Assembly (NCBI RefSeq): GCF_037042905.1
Contig: NC_087246.1
Span: forward strand, 13,578,001-13,642,000
Length of the DNA: 64,000 nucleotides
From: Lytechinus pictus
Taxonomy: Eukaryota
Direction: 5' to 3'
How positions within the stretch are numbered: the stretch's first letter is position 1; the number at the start of each line of letters is the position of its first letter. Position numbers and translations under genes: made by a program. Of this stretch, positions 24,107 through 38,135 are shown in pieces. Below the pieces are notes generated by a model. That model was given only the letters and a program-made list of their open reading frames with translations, did not search any database and was not told the DNA's origin.

Positions 24107-24527
24107 ACTTTAAGCTGACACGGTTTTCTTGTCAGGATGCCACCGTGCATGACCGTCAGTTGCGTTCGTTTGGTCAATATATGACCGTTGCTGATGGTTT
24201 ATGGAAAAGACTGGTTAAAAACCATCACCAACCGTCGACTCTTGCCTGGTTTCTCTAGTCAGATCATCCGTCAACTGCAGTCGATCACCTTTCATGTCTC
24301 ACTTCAGTCAATCAAACATCCGTCGACCTTCCATTCACCAACATTCGTTCCATACACTAATCACTTTCCCTTTTGTATAACACTCCAAATAACGTAGTCC
24401 AAAGTGTAGGATCAAGTTTGATCTTTACTTTTAATTTCTCAAAGATTATTCAGTGCACATAACATAATGAGACCCATAAAGCCTTAAAGCTTAAGGAAAA
24501 GCCTTAAATCACTATCCTATGCATTTA

Positions 24528-25260
24528 CTAAAGCTTCGATAAAACAGTTACTAAAATGGCTAGAATTGCTACAATAACTCTCGCTGAAGTCCCTTTTTCA
24601 GGTGCGGTGTCTCCTATGGTAGTGAGTGATTGTTCATTAGCTGTACCCCCTGCGGTTGCACTACTTGTTACTTCGTCTGCTGGACTGTTGCCTGGTGGCT
24701 CTCCAGGTACCTCGTCATTGGGCGGAATGTCTCCTGAGGAGCTTTCTAAAGTGTGATCGTCTGTCAAGGCGTCATCTGCAGCCTTGCTTAATTCAGTCTG
24801 GTGAATCTCCAGGCACATCCCCATTGGGCACGACGTCTCCTGTGAAACTTGCAGTATCATGGTCAGTTGTCAACGTGTCATATTCTTGTCCCTCAGATGC
24901 CTCTTCACCTGCTGGTGTCTGGCCCGGTGGGTCTCCAAGCACCTCGCCATCAGGCAGGATGTCTGCTGGGGAATCGGTTGCGTCGTGATCATGCATGCTG
25001 ACACCACCTGGTGACCTTCTTCCTGATTTTTATCAGCTGAACTCTCCGAGGGCAAGTCTCCTCCAGCGGGTCTGGATTCCCAAGTCGGGAGCCCAACACC
25101 TTGATAGGGTTTCAGCGTATCAATGTGTACTTCCAATGGTTTAGACCTCCGTGACTGTTGAATCTGATAGGCATCTGATAGGTGGGTAACCACCTTAGGG
25201 CCAAGCCATCTTGGTTGCAGTTTGGGGCAGCGACCCTTTTTTCTGGTATTCTTTCGTAAC
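24528..25260 (-). mobile_element. Degraded Gypsy integrase C-terminal fragment (second, older element)
   Basis: RKKGRCPKLQPRWLGPKVVTHLSDAYQIQQSRRSKPLEVHIDTLKPY is a GPY/F-type integrase tail. It is followed by frameshifted acidic/Pro-rich repeats. Confidence 0.75.
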
Positions 25261-25536
25261 CATACAAATTGTCAAATAGCATAAGGAGCTGTATAAGCAC
25301 CTTCCTGTCACATATTATTTTAAGACTAAATTCTCAACCATAATTCAAGGATAGATTGCTTGAACAATAGCCATAATTTCATGTATTTCAACATATGATT
25401 ATCGGCGGATAAGCTAATGTTTGGATGGTATTTAACATTTATAGTTATTCTTCAGAGAAGTTGTTTCCAAGACTAAAAATACAAGGGTCATTAGATGTAA
25501 AATTAATAAGGTTAGGGACGTTGTATCCGTTCCTGA

Positions 25537-26481
25537 CAGGGTCGTCGCTAAAGGGGGGGGGGGGGTGCGACACCCCACTACTCTCTGTATATCTTCAATA
25601 AATTTGCGCTGCTGTCGAGAAAAAATAAGAAAAAGGGGCGAGAGAAAAAAAAAGAAGAGAGAAAGAGGAAAGAAAAAGGGAAAGAAGAAAAAGAGAAAAA
25701 CCAAAGAAAGAAAGAAAGAAAGAAAAAAAGAAAGAAAGAAAGAAATGAGACAAAGAGGAAAACAAAATGAAAATATAAGGAAAACAAAAGAAAGGAGAAT
25801 AATCAGAATGAGAAGGGGACAGGGTAGAGGTTTTTTTATTAGGTAGGCCTAAGCAAAGAAGCGGAGTCTGTGATGTTGGAAAATTATTGTCTGTTGGACT
25901 GATGCCTGTCGGGAAAATGACAAACCGTCGGGTCACGAAAGACTGTTCTATCTCCCCCCCCCCTCCTCATAAAAAAAATTGTTCTTGCTCGGTCAATATT
26001 TTTGTCGATAAATGTCAAATATGTCAAATTTTATTCTGTTACCTTTAAATCGTATTTCTTTCCGCAATGCGAACGTGGGGAGTTCTCTGTACCGATAGTG
26101 ATTATAATATAAAAAGTTGTCAGTTTCTCTACCGACAGTGACAAGAATGTCTCAAAAGAATTTCAGCTTGTGCTTCGCGCTCGCATCATATAATTTCGTG
26201 AGATCCTACCTATAATTTTCCTTTATATTGGACAGTTCTTAATATTTCCCTTTCTGGTAAAAAAAATTCACATCGCGCTTGTATTGTGTTTATTAAGACA
26301 CACCTCTTTAGTTAGAACAACCCCCCCCCCCAAAAAAAAAAAACCCACTAAAACGTTTCTAAGGAGAATGAGGAACTCTAGCATGACACATGGTCTCCTG
26401 ACGTCTGTAATTGGTACCGATTATTTGTCGGTAATCAGAGCCTCCACCCCCCCCCCTGGAAAAGTCCTACCGACGCCCGCG
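25537..26481. mobile_element. Degenerate non-autonomous DNA element with a purine-rich interior
   Basis: CAGGGTCGTCGCTA plus poly-G at the left, poly-C plus TACCGACGCCC at the right, and an internal GCTTCGCGCTCGC motif shared with 37612-38270. No TSD found. Confidence 0.45.
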
Positions 26482-27215
26482 TGGTGAAAACTATTCAGTG
26501 TTATATGTCAGTACTGCAAATAAGGACTTTATAAACCTAAATTCCTATGCAGCATTTTAATCATGGCAATGGAAATGCAATGTCCGCAACCGCTTACACT
26601 TAGAAATTATAGATATTACACTCACTTCACGTGGGGTGAAAATAATAATAAAAAAAAATCATAATCCGGCAGGAATTAATTCCTCATAAAGCTGTGCCCA
26701 CCGGAATCGGTAGACTAGCTTAGCCGGGGTAACATAGGAGCGCCTTGAGCACCTTCCAAGGTGGATATGTGAGCTATATTAATCCTATAACATTATTTGT
26801 TTATTCATTCAATTACTTTATTAATGATCATTTACACGACTTATCTACTTTCTCCAGTATTAAAAATACTTTCTTTAGTCATTTGCAATTCATAACGGCA
26901 TGCTATTGGAAAAAAAGTGTTTCTCCCTCGGGTAACATTTTTCATGGGATTGCCAAAAATAAAATGATTTCTTTTCATTAAAGAATGAATAGGATGATGT
27001 ATACCATGATTTAGTTTTTAAAATACTAAAATGATATTAATGATATTGTGCAGTTGTAACAACTAAAAGACAAATGTTCAGTGGTCTAAATGTTGAATCT
27101 TGATTTTAATGATTAATTCTGAAATATATTAAAGTTTTGATAATTGAGCCTATATGATGGAATAATTAGTGACTCCTTTCTGGTATTTATGACATGTCCA
27201 TTATAGATAACCATT

Positions 27216-28365
27216 TTATTGATAAACATTAATTTCGGTCAATGAGGTGTCATTTACACTCGCATTTTTTGTTGTTCTACCATCCCCTTTAGAATTGGTT
27301 TTCACTTGCTGTGTTTTTTTCTTGTTCTCGATATAATTCACGAAAGTGTACAGAATTGGATTGATTGAAGAGTTGATTGGGATGATGAATATCACACTCC
27401 AAGCATAGAGGGATGTCGGTAGTACAACCAGACCGGATTGTGTGAGGATACCCATGATAATGATTGGCATCCAACAGGCAAAATCCGTTCCTACGATGAA
27501 TGCCATTTTTCTAGCAACTTTGATTTCTCGATTACGCAAAGCAGCGTTTGCTACTGACTGGGTTGATCTCATTACCTGTATAAACATCATGATATAGCAT
27601 ACCAATATAACCATGAACAGAAACATGTTCACACCGATGAATGTTATAATGGCGTAAAGCCAGGATGGACGCACTGTGCGCTCTTCAACTACATACTCGA
27701 TCTGAAATTTATCATTTCCTCTCTCATCTATATACTCAAGCCTTCCAATCTCTTCAGACTCGGCGTGTAGTGGCAACCCAACACAAACATCAGATAGTCC
27801 ATAAAACCCAGGTAAATCAGCAGGAACTAAATTCGGTATGATGCTAAGAATGCACATGACCAACCACAGGAAGATCATGGCAGTACCTGCTGACTTAACG
27901 GTCAAACGATATACACTGAATGGAAATAAGATACAGATGAATCGATCAACTGTCATTATTGCTAGTGTAAACACGGAGCATTCGCTTGATAGAAAGGCGA
28001 GGAAACTCGAAAATTTGCACAAATACGATTGACGCCAAAGTGGTGCACTCAAGAAGTAGAGGTTGCCGAAATAGATGTCTACCGATGTGATGATAATCAT
28101 GTAGATACCCATGAGGCAATCTGCTACGGCCAAGTTCATGATTAACAGTGTTTGGACTGTGAGTTGTTCCTGACGAGCGCGTAGAATCAATGCTGTCAGG
28201 TTTCCGACCAGGGAGGTTAGACCAATGATCCAGCCGGCAATTCTTAAGACGACGCTCGGATAAAGCCTTCCACAGGTCTCAAGAGGACTCGTTGGAGACG
28301 TCCTGGCACATGTTACGTTCTCCCTTTCATCAAGGAGACAACATAGCCTGTTATCGGATGTTGAT
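27216..28365 (-). CDS. Gene A terminal exon: hinge plus 7TM domain of an LGR/GRL101/RXFP-like rhodopsin-class GPCR
   Basis: 1150-nt exon. Hinge DNRLCC...TC...TCGRL; TM1 LRIAGWIIG...VGN; TM2 NLAVADCLMG; TM3 SECSVFTL...VDRF; ECL2 CVGLPL; TM6 IVGTDFACWMP; TM7 PINSSINPILYT. Seven hydrophobic segments and a TAA stop. Confidence 0.95.
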
Positions 28366-31300
28366 CTGAAGTACAAGAGGGCATATGCGATTTCGTATTA
28401 GATATATAAAATCAGAACTGTCTGTGTCTTACTTATCGCTATTCCCGAAAGAACTAACAATCACCAATCACTTTAAAGATCTAATTTGGAGATGCGAAAC
28501 ATGCTGGTCAAGGAGCAAAAATCATCTAACTTGCAGCATGCACACTTTTCTGCAAGAAGTTATCAAGGCAATTCGCCTTCTCAGTTCTCTATCCACATTT
28601 ATATAGCGCACCCCCCCCCCCAACACACACACATTTCGATTATGGTACAGTGCGAACAGCCGAGTTAATACTTACATAGCCTTCAAAGAAGTTAATCCGG
28701 TAAGAACGTTCCTTTTGATCGAATGTAGTTGTAAATCCACCATGAAACTGTTTTGAATTAAGAACATTTAAATACTTAGTCATAATAAATCAAATACCTA
28801 TAAAAAAAAAGATAACATAATTTTAGTCTAGCTACATAACATTGATTATCGCATCTTTGAATATAATACTTCCAAACATGCTAAATGTTAACTTTTTCTT
28901 TCTGATAATCGAGAATGAAATTTCGTCGGGGTAAATATCTACAGTCCATCTGCATGTGGGTATAGCGAATTGATTCGGATCGAGGTTCTTGAGGTTCAGG
29001 TTTCATTAACATGATTGACGTCTTCCGGGTGGAAATGTTAAAGGTTTGTCCCCATACATCCTAATACACACACACCCTTGCCCTCACTAGCATACACGTT
29101 TAAGGCAGTTTAGGTTAGTTTAATGAAAATAAATATTTCACAAAACAAATTACAAAATGGGGTAGTTAACCGTAAATTAAGAAAGCTCTATCTACTTACA
29201 TAAACTCAAGATGAGCAGTGTTCAAGAATACACCAGGATCAATCTGAACTATTGGATTGTTGCTTATATCACTGTGAAAGAAGTAATTCAATACATCGTC
29301 AAAATACTATACAGTTGCATTTAGTTTTGTGATGTAACTGCGAATTTATATGAATGTAATTCGTCAAACGCTTAATTGAAACCAATCGCATTTTATGATT
29401 AATTTCATTTGTGTAGTAATGACCATAAGAGTTTGGTGCTATTACCACCGATGGGCAAATCCATGGTAACTGACATTACCAAGATAGATACCTTATAATG
29501 CTGATAGTATGATTTATATATTCCTTCGATTTTATAATTACCCATAGATAAATGAGGGAACAAAACTGCTTTTCTTTGTCACATAGGTGAAGACATGTTA
29601 ACTTACGTGACACTTAAATTCAACGACGTTAATTTTGTATATTTACATTAGTCTTATTGAATTCATAAAAACCATTCAACGACGAAAAGATCTGAAAAAT
29701 TGTCAAATACAATAAAAAGATGCCTCTAAAGCACATCTCTCTGATTATGGCCCCATACATGCTAATTTATGTTTGTTTATTTCATATTTTGTATGAAGAT
29801 CGAATTGCATTTTTAAGCCTTAGAATTTGCTTTGCAAAATAGATATACTTCGTATAAGCTTCATATTATAGTTGGATTTACAAGGGTAGAGTGACACTTC
29901 GATTTGCAAAAAAAAAGATAAGCATTTTAAGTGTTTAAATAAAACTGAATTATGAAGACAAACAATATTTTTTTAACTCACAGAAAGTAGAGAGTACTTA
30001 GATCCCGGAAGTCTTCTTTAGCTAGGTGTCTTATGTCATTGCTTGAAATGTTTCTAGAAGAAATGATGAGATAAGCAATAATTTGATAAAATCAAAGACG
30101 CATTTCACATGCAGGTGACCGCTCGTCAAGCGAAAAAACAACAACTGAATTTTCTTCACTTGTTAATAATGTAATAATGATGGTGATAGTGCTAGTAGTA
30201 CAAAACCCTTCGTAATTGAGTAATTACAGTTTTGCAGAAGATTTATACATATATGTGTGAACGTCACCCTTCAATATGATAATCATGAGGAATAAGGTCT
30301 ATATAATTATCCAACTGCTCAAAAATAAGCAAGCTGCAACCCAACGCGGTCTCGCTGTAATCTGCCCCAGAGCATCCTCTTGTCATCAAGCTTAATCACT
30401 AAGTATATGGCTAGCTTAAATATACGAAGCTATACATAATATAGTATTTTCTCTTTTTCAAATCTCACAAGTTTTCCAATTCATCCAATCCGTCCAATAT
30501 TCCATCTAATGAAACGAGGTTGTTGACCTGAAGCCACCTGTATGCAAACGAGAGGACAGAAAAAGAATATATATATATTGATCATAATTGTTCTAAACTG
30601 CAGATATAACTCTCATTCTTCTTTAATTATTCATTAATATGGCAAATTTCATACTTTCAAAATACATTCATTCCATTATTATTATTTTTTGTATACCAAT
30701 ACGTTATTCATAAAACAATACCATAAACTGCCAATCATAAAGATGTAATATTCAAAGCCGTGCGAAACGCATGATACCTACAACCAGGCATCAAGAGATG
30801 GCGCTAAATCCCTGAACCATGTCATTGTAGAGGTTTCACGAGCGTAAAACATTTCCCATAGGCATGATAGGCATGGTGTGTTAAAGTGGCACTTAAATCA
30901 TAAAAAATAAGGATGTAATTGGAGGGTCGAATGTGTACTACCAGTGGATAGGATATATATCTGTCATTCCATATCTGGCCAGAAATGGGTACCTCGATTG
31001 GCCCATTTTAAATATTCCGCATTTATGAAGACATCTCCTGACAGGATCAAGTTCATCACCTGAAACAGTAAAATAGCCCCAATTCTTCAGCCAGTCAATT
31101 TTTTTTAATTTGACAAAATGAGGTTCAGTAGTTACCCTTCCTAGAATAAGTGTTAGATCGCCAGTCATACATGTCATATATACACTTTTGTCAAGCGACT
31201 ATATCAAATTAAAACAATTGAGGATGGGTTGACTCGAATGAATATCTTTCTCCTTGATAACAGGATTGCAACATGGCGTCTGATTAGCCCCCATAATACT

Positions 31301-34300
31301 TACAATTGATAGAGGCCCATTCCGTAGAGTGATCTATTCTCGATTAGACGTATCCGATTGTCCATAATGTGTCTATATCGAATGAAAACATTTGATTACC
31401 CTACATAACCCCCAAAGTACTGTTCATGGATAAATATAAAATAACAATTATACTTCAACACTCACCGACATGCACTGGTACTCAAACCCATACATGAATA
31501 AAAACACTATTCTCCTAAAATACATTTATATTGAAAATGAACGAGAAAACTCTTGAGATAATTCCGTTGAAGCTATGAATAATCAAAACAATGATAATTT
31601 TTCGTCAACATAATCAGACGTTTCCTCTTAATCAATTGTTTTAGAAACGAAGATTAGGATTGTACCATGGGTATCGATTTGTGTTGTGAATCTATTGTTC
31701 AAGGGATGATCTGTAGTTTCATCCTCCCTCTTGAATACTATGACATCACGGATTGACATCAGTGGATTGTTTTATACTCCTCTCATAGCCTCATCTTTCA
31801 AAGTCATTATCTTGCCAAATCATGTCAAGGAACGTTTTTATCCGATTCGATGGTACGGCATAATAATTAGCTGGACCTTATATATATATAATATAGGTAG
31901 ATATGGTACAAATATGCAGTTCTATTACTTCCTTAGCATTATACAGTTTTATGAAAGTTGGAATATTGGGTATTAGACAGTAAGGAATGAGGATACATTA
32001 TCAAAATACTTCATTCTGAGTGAAGAATCTGGGGGTGTTTCGTGAAAAATTAAGTGTGACTAGTAATACTAAATAGTCGGTATGAAAGGCATCACCGCAT
32101 TGGTCAAATCATGCATATAAATTAATTAGATTACGCATGACTCGAAGTCATACCTGACTCTTTGTAAAACACCCCCTGTTAGGACTTTCAGACTCGAGCT
32201 ACAATTCTATTCAATGTGGATGTGGTATGATGACTTATAGATTTTAGGTAAATCAAACTTACAAGAGATTGATAGTGCCATCGAATACGTCTTCTGTTAT
32301 CGTCGTAATATTGTTGTCGTTCAGATAACTGATAAGGGAAAAAATCTTAGAAATGAGCAAACCTATATGTAAGAACTACCCTAAACCTTACTTGCCTATC
32401 ACAAAATCCATTTTGTATCATGGCCTAGTACTTTGGAATTTATTGCCGGTTAATTTGAAAATATCTTGTAAATTCATTTTTTTCAAACGAAACTTTAGAA
32501 ATATCTTAAATGATAATTAAGCATGTATGTATTAAATACATCATTTTTTTTAAAATATCATTTGAATCATACCACTTGTGTCTGTTTGTCTTTGTAATGC
32601 TTTCTAATTATTGTTAAATATATTTCGGAACTTCTGATATTGTCAATAATATTTATTTTTTAAGGTAATTCAGGTCGGCCGTATTATAAAGAAATACTCT
32701 CCCTCTTGGCTGCTTCCTTCTCAATGTCTTTGATGTTATATGTATTCTTTGTTCCTCATGTAGTTTATGTTCATTTAATGCAGGGAGACATAAACTTAAA
32801 TTGAATTGAATTGAAATAATGAGCTCGACATTTCCCCGCCAACATTGACTAATACAAAACAGAAGCTATAATCAGGGAATTGTTATATTTACAGCCATGC
32901 AAAAAACTACTCCACATGTTTACTACATTCATTTAAGAGCGTAGGAAAATTGATCAATTGAAATTATTATAAGATTATTGGATTAAAACAGACTACTCAG
33001 CAAATTCACATGTCATTTATGTATTCAATAATGCGATTTCTTTTAATCATTTGAAATTTTATTTAAAAAATACTAACATGTTTTTCAAAGATGGTAATCC
33101 ATGGAACGCTCCGTTATGAATCTCTTCAATTTTGTTGTATTCCAGGCTCCTGTAAGATAAACAATATCATAGCCTGTTCACTTTTTTTACACACTCATAG
33201 ATACTCATTTAATTCAATCGGCAACAAATAAAAAAAATCAATCTTAAATTATATAAAACAAATGTACACAATATAATGATAAGATGTTTTATAGACAAAA
33301 TACATAGATGGACTCATTTCTAAAACGAACCTCTCACCCACAAATTTCTGAAGGTGAATCTCTGTTCCACACAAATTATCGAAAGGAACGGAAGCGAGCG
33401 AACATGGTGAAGAATTATCATTGAACATAAAAAATGCATAATTTCCATTAAGGAGAATTAAAAAAAATCAAAAAGAGGATTATAGTGAGCATGGATCCAT
33501 TTTAAGTTGCACATATCTTGCTTTCATATCTCTAAAGATATTCTTGTATCTAGTATTGATAAATACGATCATGCCGACACCCTTTTAGGCCATAGGCTTA
33601 GATCTCTAGATCAAATTCTTAAACACCTTAAATTGCCATTGATGACAAGGCATGGAATTCTGTGCTTATTTTGCCAATTTCTCAGCATTTTTACGCATTT
33701 TCTTTCAAAGCTATTTGGCAAATATAACATACAAACACTTTGTAATTTTTGTAATCCCTATTCAATATGGTGGGACTTTTTTTCAAAGCTATCTTTAGCA
33801 GTATCATTTAACAGTAATGTTTATCAACCTACGGGTAGAATTCTATGCAAAAATAAAATCGATTTGTTTGTTTATGGATGAGTGAGCACGCCTCAAAGGG
33901 GGAAAAGGGGCATTTTTAATGTCACAGATTCATATTGAGGGGTTATAAAGTGAATAATGGGGGCAAATTCGGTTTCAAATGTGACTTAATTGGTGTTGCT
34001 TTTATCATCAATCACTTTTATCACCACACACTTTCCGAACTTTTTACACTGTCATGGTTGAGTGAGCACACTCGAATTCTTAGGAATTAATAATCTTTTC
34101 ACTGCATACATGTATTCTTTTTCTAACAGTTTCTCAGGATCAGTTGAATTTATGGACAAATCAGTGGTGGATCCAGAATTTGAAAGTGGGGAGGTGCCGA
34201 GAAATTGGGGGAGGGGAGCCACTAACATTTTCCACTTTTAACATGTTTGAACAAGTTACAGAGGATACTACCATAAACCCCTATGAGAGGATACGTCACC

Positions 34301-37300
34301 AAAAAATGTGCTCACTCAACCATGAACACACGTTATCAAAATTTTGTGTGGAGTGGCTAAATTATGGATAGTAAAACAACATTAACACCATAAAATTCAT
34401 CAAAAAACAACCTTTGCCCAACTTTGTATTTACACAATATGAAAAACGACTCTTGTGACTTTAAAAAATTGTCATTTTAAATTCAATCTTTGATTACTCA
34501 TGCATGACCGAACTGATCAATCTCATTTTCCCCCAGAAGTTGCTTAATGAGTGTAAAAAACCACCTACGAAATATTATATCTCAAAATTATTCTGTTCAA
34601 AAGTTACAGCATTTTGATTTAGGGGGGACTTACTTTTTTTTGTTGTGTATAGATATAGACCTAAGCCTAAGGCTAAGGCCTAGAAGGGTACCGGCAATTT
34701 GAGTGTGCTGATTCATTCATGGCATGCATCATACAACTTGAACGGCCCAAAACGACCACACGCATGCTTACTCTTATTCCGAAGACGCAAGTCATGAATA
34801 TTCATATTGGGGTCCGGGAAAAATAATTTCGCGACCGAGGGATCTCCGGAAAACACATACTCAATGAATATTTGTTTGATTGGTCAAATGGGTGGGGAAT
34901 TCATTTGTGTATGTGTAAGACAATTATCCATGAAAACCAAATAAATTTAGTAAAGTCATGATGTTAGTGAATTCAGGGAATAGTAAAGTTATATTAAAAT
35001 GTCAAGGCTAAAGTATGGGTTCTATTGTCGGTTTATGTAAATTAAATTTTGGGATACGTGCCCACATTTATATAAATAATATTGCATTAAATTATGTGTT
35101 TGTATTATGTTATGATGATGTTCATTATGTTTGCACGGAATTCAAATCTTTCATAATAATTCATCGTCTTCCGTATTAGACTAACTTATACTTACATGGT
35201 AGTGAGCATTGGCAAGTTTGCAAAAATCCCGGCAGAGATCACAGTGATTTTATTGAATGATAAATCGCTGTGAGAAAAAAAAATCACGAAGATTTATTAC
35301 CAAGATTCTAGATGATTTTGATGATTCAAATCTGCTAAATCAAATTTTCAGTTTCAAATTTTTTTAAGCTGTCATAAAGATTAAGATTCTGAAAATCAAG
35401 ATGCAAAATCTGTATTTGCTATCTAAACGAAGAAAACTGAACCATATTAAATCAACATATGCAATCTTTAACAGCTTTAACATGTACTTCACACTCGGTT
35501 CTAGCTAAAGACCTCATTCAGTTTTAAATACTTTTACACTCATAATGAATAGCCTCGCACAATGTAAGCATATATGAAACGTGTGGTATCAGTAAATACG
35601 TGGTAGTGCATGATATACGAGCATAAACTGACCAATACAGTGTGTTTTACGTCTATTCTTCTGTGATTTTATAAGTACAATGGTAATTCTGACTTAATAT
35701 TTTAGGAAACAAACTCCAAGATGTAGACTGGATGCATATGCTCTGTGTTTATACACACACTGACTGGCTCCCATTTACACACACATACACACTCACACCC
35801 CGACACACACATACATATATGATAAAAATAATAAACTCAAAATGAAATAAAAACTCCGTAACGAATTTCACGTGCTCCCCCTCTCTTTCTCTAATTAGGC
35901 TGGTTTACTCTTGCCTGCTCCTCTCCTTTTCTTCGCCCTTCTTCTTCCTATTATTATTTTTCCTCTTAATTCTTCATCTTCCATCTCTCTCTCTCTCTGA
36001 CCTCACCTCTTTCACTCTGTTTTGCCCTCTTTGCTTTTCTATTACCCCCCCTTATGCTTTTCTTTCTCCACTTCTTTTGCCTTCTTGCCTCCTCTCTGTC
36101 CCCCCCCCTCTCTCTCTCACTCCCTTTCTTCTTATTTTTCCTTGTTACTTAACAAGCACCCCTCTGTCTGGTGCTTCCAAATCCAAGGCGCTACCTATTA
36201 AGAGAGCTGGTACGCGCTATACTGTTTTTATCATGACGCATTTTCAAATCTTGATAATCATCAAATAAATCAACTTTTAACAACAATATCAACTTTTTCT
36301 ACATATACATATATATATTGGGAAGAGAGAGAGAGGAGGAGGAGGGAATCATTGCCCAAAACGATTTTTTTTTTTAATCTTACATAAATTCCAGATTGTC
36401 TAGTCCTTCAAAAATACCGTCCGGAACACTTTCAATCATGTTTGAATCGAGAAATCTATGAAATTAAAGGAAGATAATTAAAAAAATGATAGCCAGGGCT
36501 TAGTGTCATTAAAAAACTGATATCGTTAAATAACATATAAGAAATTTGTATGTGAATGTGAACTGAAATATCATAAAAATTAGTGAAATTACTCAAATGC
36601 ATAAAAAATCAGTACATCTGCGAGGTTCACATCTTCTTTAGATTTCAAATCCCATCTTCGTCATTTCTCCTTACCTCGTATACGTTCTAGTGAAATTGAT
36701 CCTTGCTGGTGTTTTCACATAGTGGACTGTCTGAAAATGTATTTCACATAGTTAAAAATGTGCAATTGTAACAATGTGAAGGTAATTTCACAATGTTGGC
36801 CCATCTACACCATTATATAAAAGGTGCGAATAGAAACTCTCTTGTTCCGTATTTTGAAGCCTTGAGAAAAGGGAATCTAAAAAAAAGTTCCAAAGTGGCC
36901 GTATAAAGGTTTCAAATACAGGACAAGCACTGAACCCCATGAACCATTTTTGCTAAGAATGTAAAATGTGATTGTTCATGGTGTGGTCACATATTTAATT
37001 CTGTAAATACGAGATTCACAGAGTAGGGGGTTTTAACAGTGTGGAGGTGATCTCACATTGTGTTACACAATAATGGAACACTGATCTTGAAAATGGACAT
37101 ATTAAACTTCCACCCTGTACTTTTGATATACCTGCATCACCCTGTACTTTTGATATACCTGCAAAACACAAGAAACATCCTTGATTACAGAGAATTTTAA
37201 TATAACTCACAAATATTTTAGGGACTTCAATTCTGAGAAAACTTCTTGAGCCAATAAAGTAATGTTGCTTGAACTAAGACGGCTGCATAATGAAAAGGGG

Positions 37301-38091
37301 TAAGAATATGCATTATACAAAGAGGCAATGATGCACTAACGTATCAATTCAAGTAAATAATAAAACACCGTTTAGATTTATGATGTGTTTCGAATATTCG
37401 GTTTCTTACTTCAGGTCGCTATACAGTATAACTTATCAAATACCAGTATTTATAATCTATATGTGCTGTCAATGACAGTTAACAATTGCAGATGTTTCAT
37501 ATCTTGCCAACAATGCAGCAGATCTTAGTAATCGCTTCCGTAGGAAGGATTTTACAGTGACTTATAAAGTAGCTACCGGTTAATCCATCGTATGTGTTAG
37601 CACACTCATACCAGAGGCGTCGATCATGGGGGGCAGGAGGGGCAACCGCCCCACCAATGAAAATATTGGGGGGGGCAAACATATCATTTTGCCCCCCCCC
37701 CCAATAATTCCGCATGTGCAAAAAATAAAATAAGATTGTAATGTTACACAGAAATCAGCAAGCGAGATTGAGATACACAACTCGTTCTTCATCTAAAATC
37801 GTGCTCAAAATGTCCGGTTTTCAGATTAGAATATTAAAAAATTTCAGCTCGCGCTTCGCGCTCGCATCATTTCTGTAGCAAAAATCCATACTTTTCATGA
37901 TTGAAAAGGTGAATAGAATGTCCCGTTTTCAGTTCTATACCTCGAAAGAACTCCCACTTCGATTTGCAATAATCTTTTGTTGGATATATTTATTGTTTTT
38001 TTTAAGATCAAAATATCAAAATTTTCAGCTCGCGCTTTGCGCTCGCATCTATCATTTTTTAATTTTTTTAAAATTTAATTTGTTGGTGAGA

Positions 38092-38135
<44 letters not shown>

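Noticed and set aside
25432-25936. Lys/Arg-rich and Phe-rich ORFs
   Set aside because: These are translations of a low-complexity purine tract inside a repeat.
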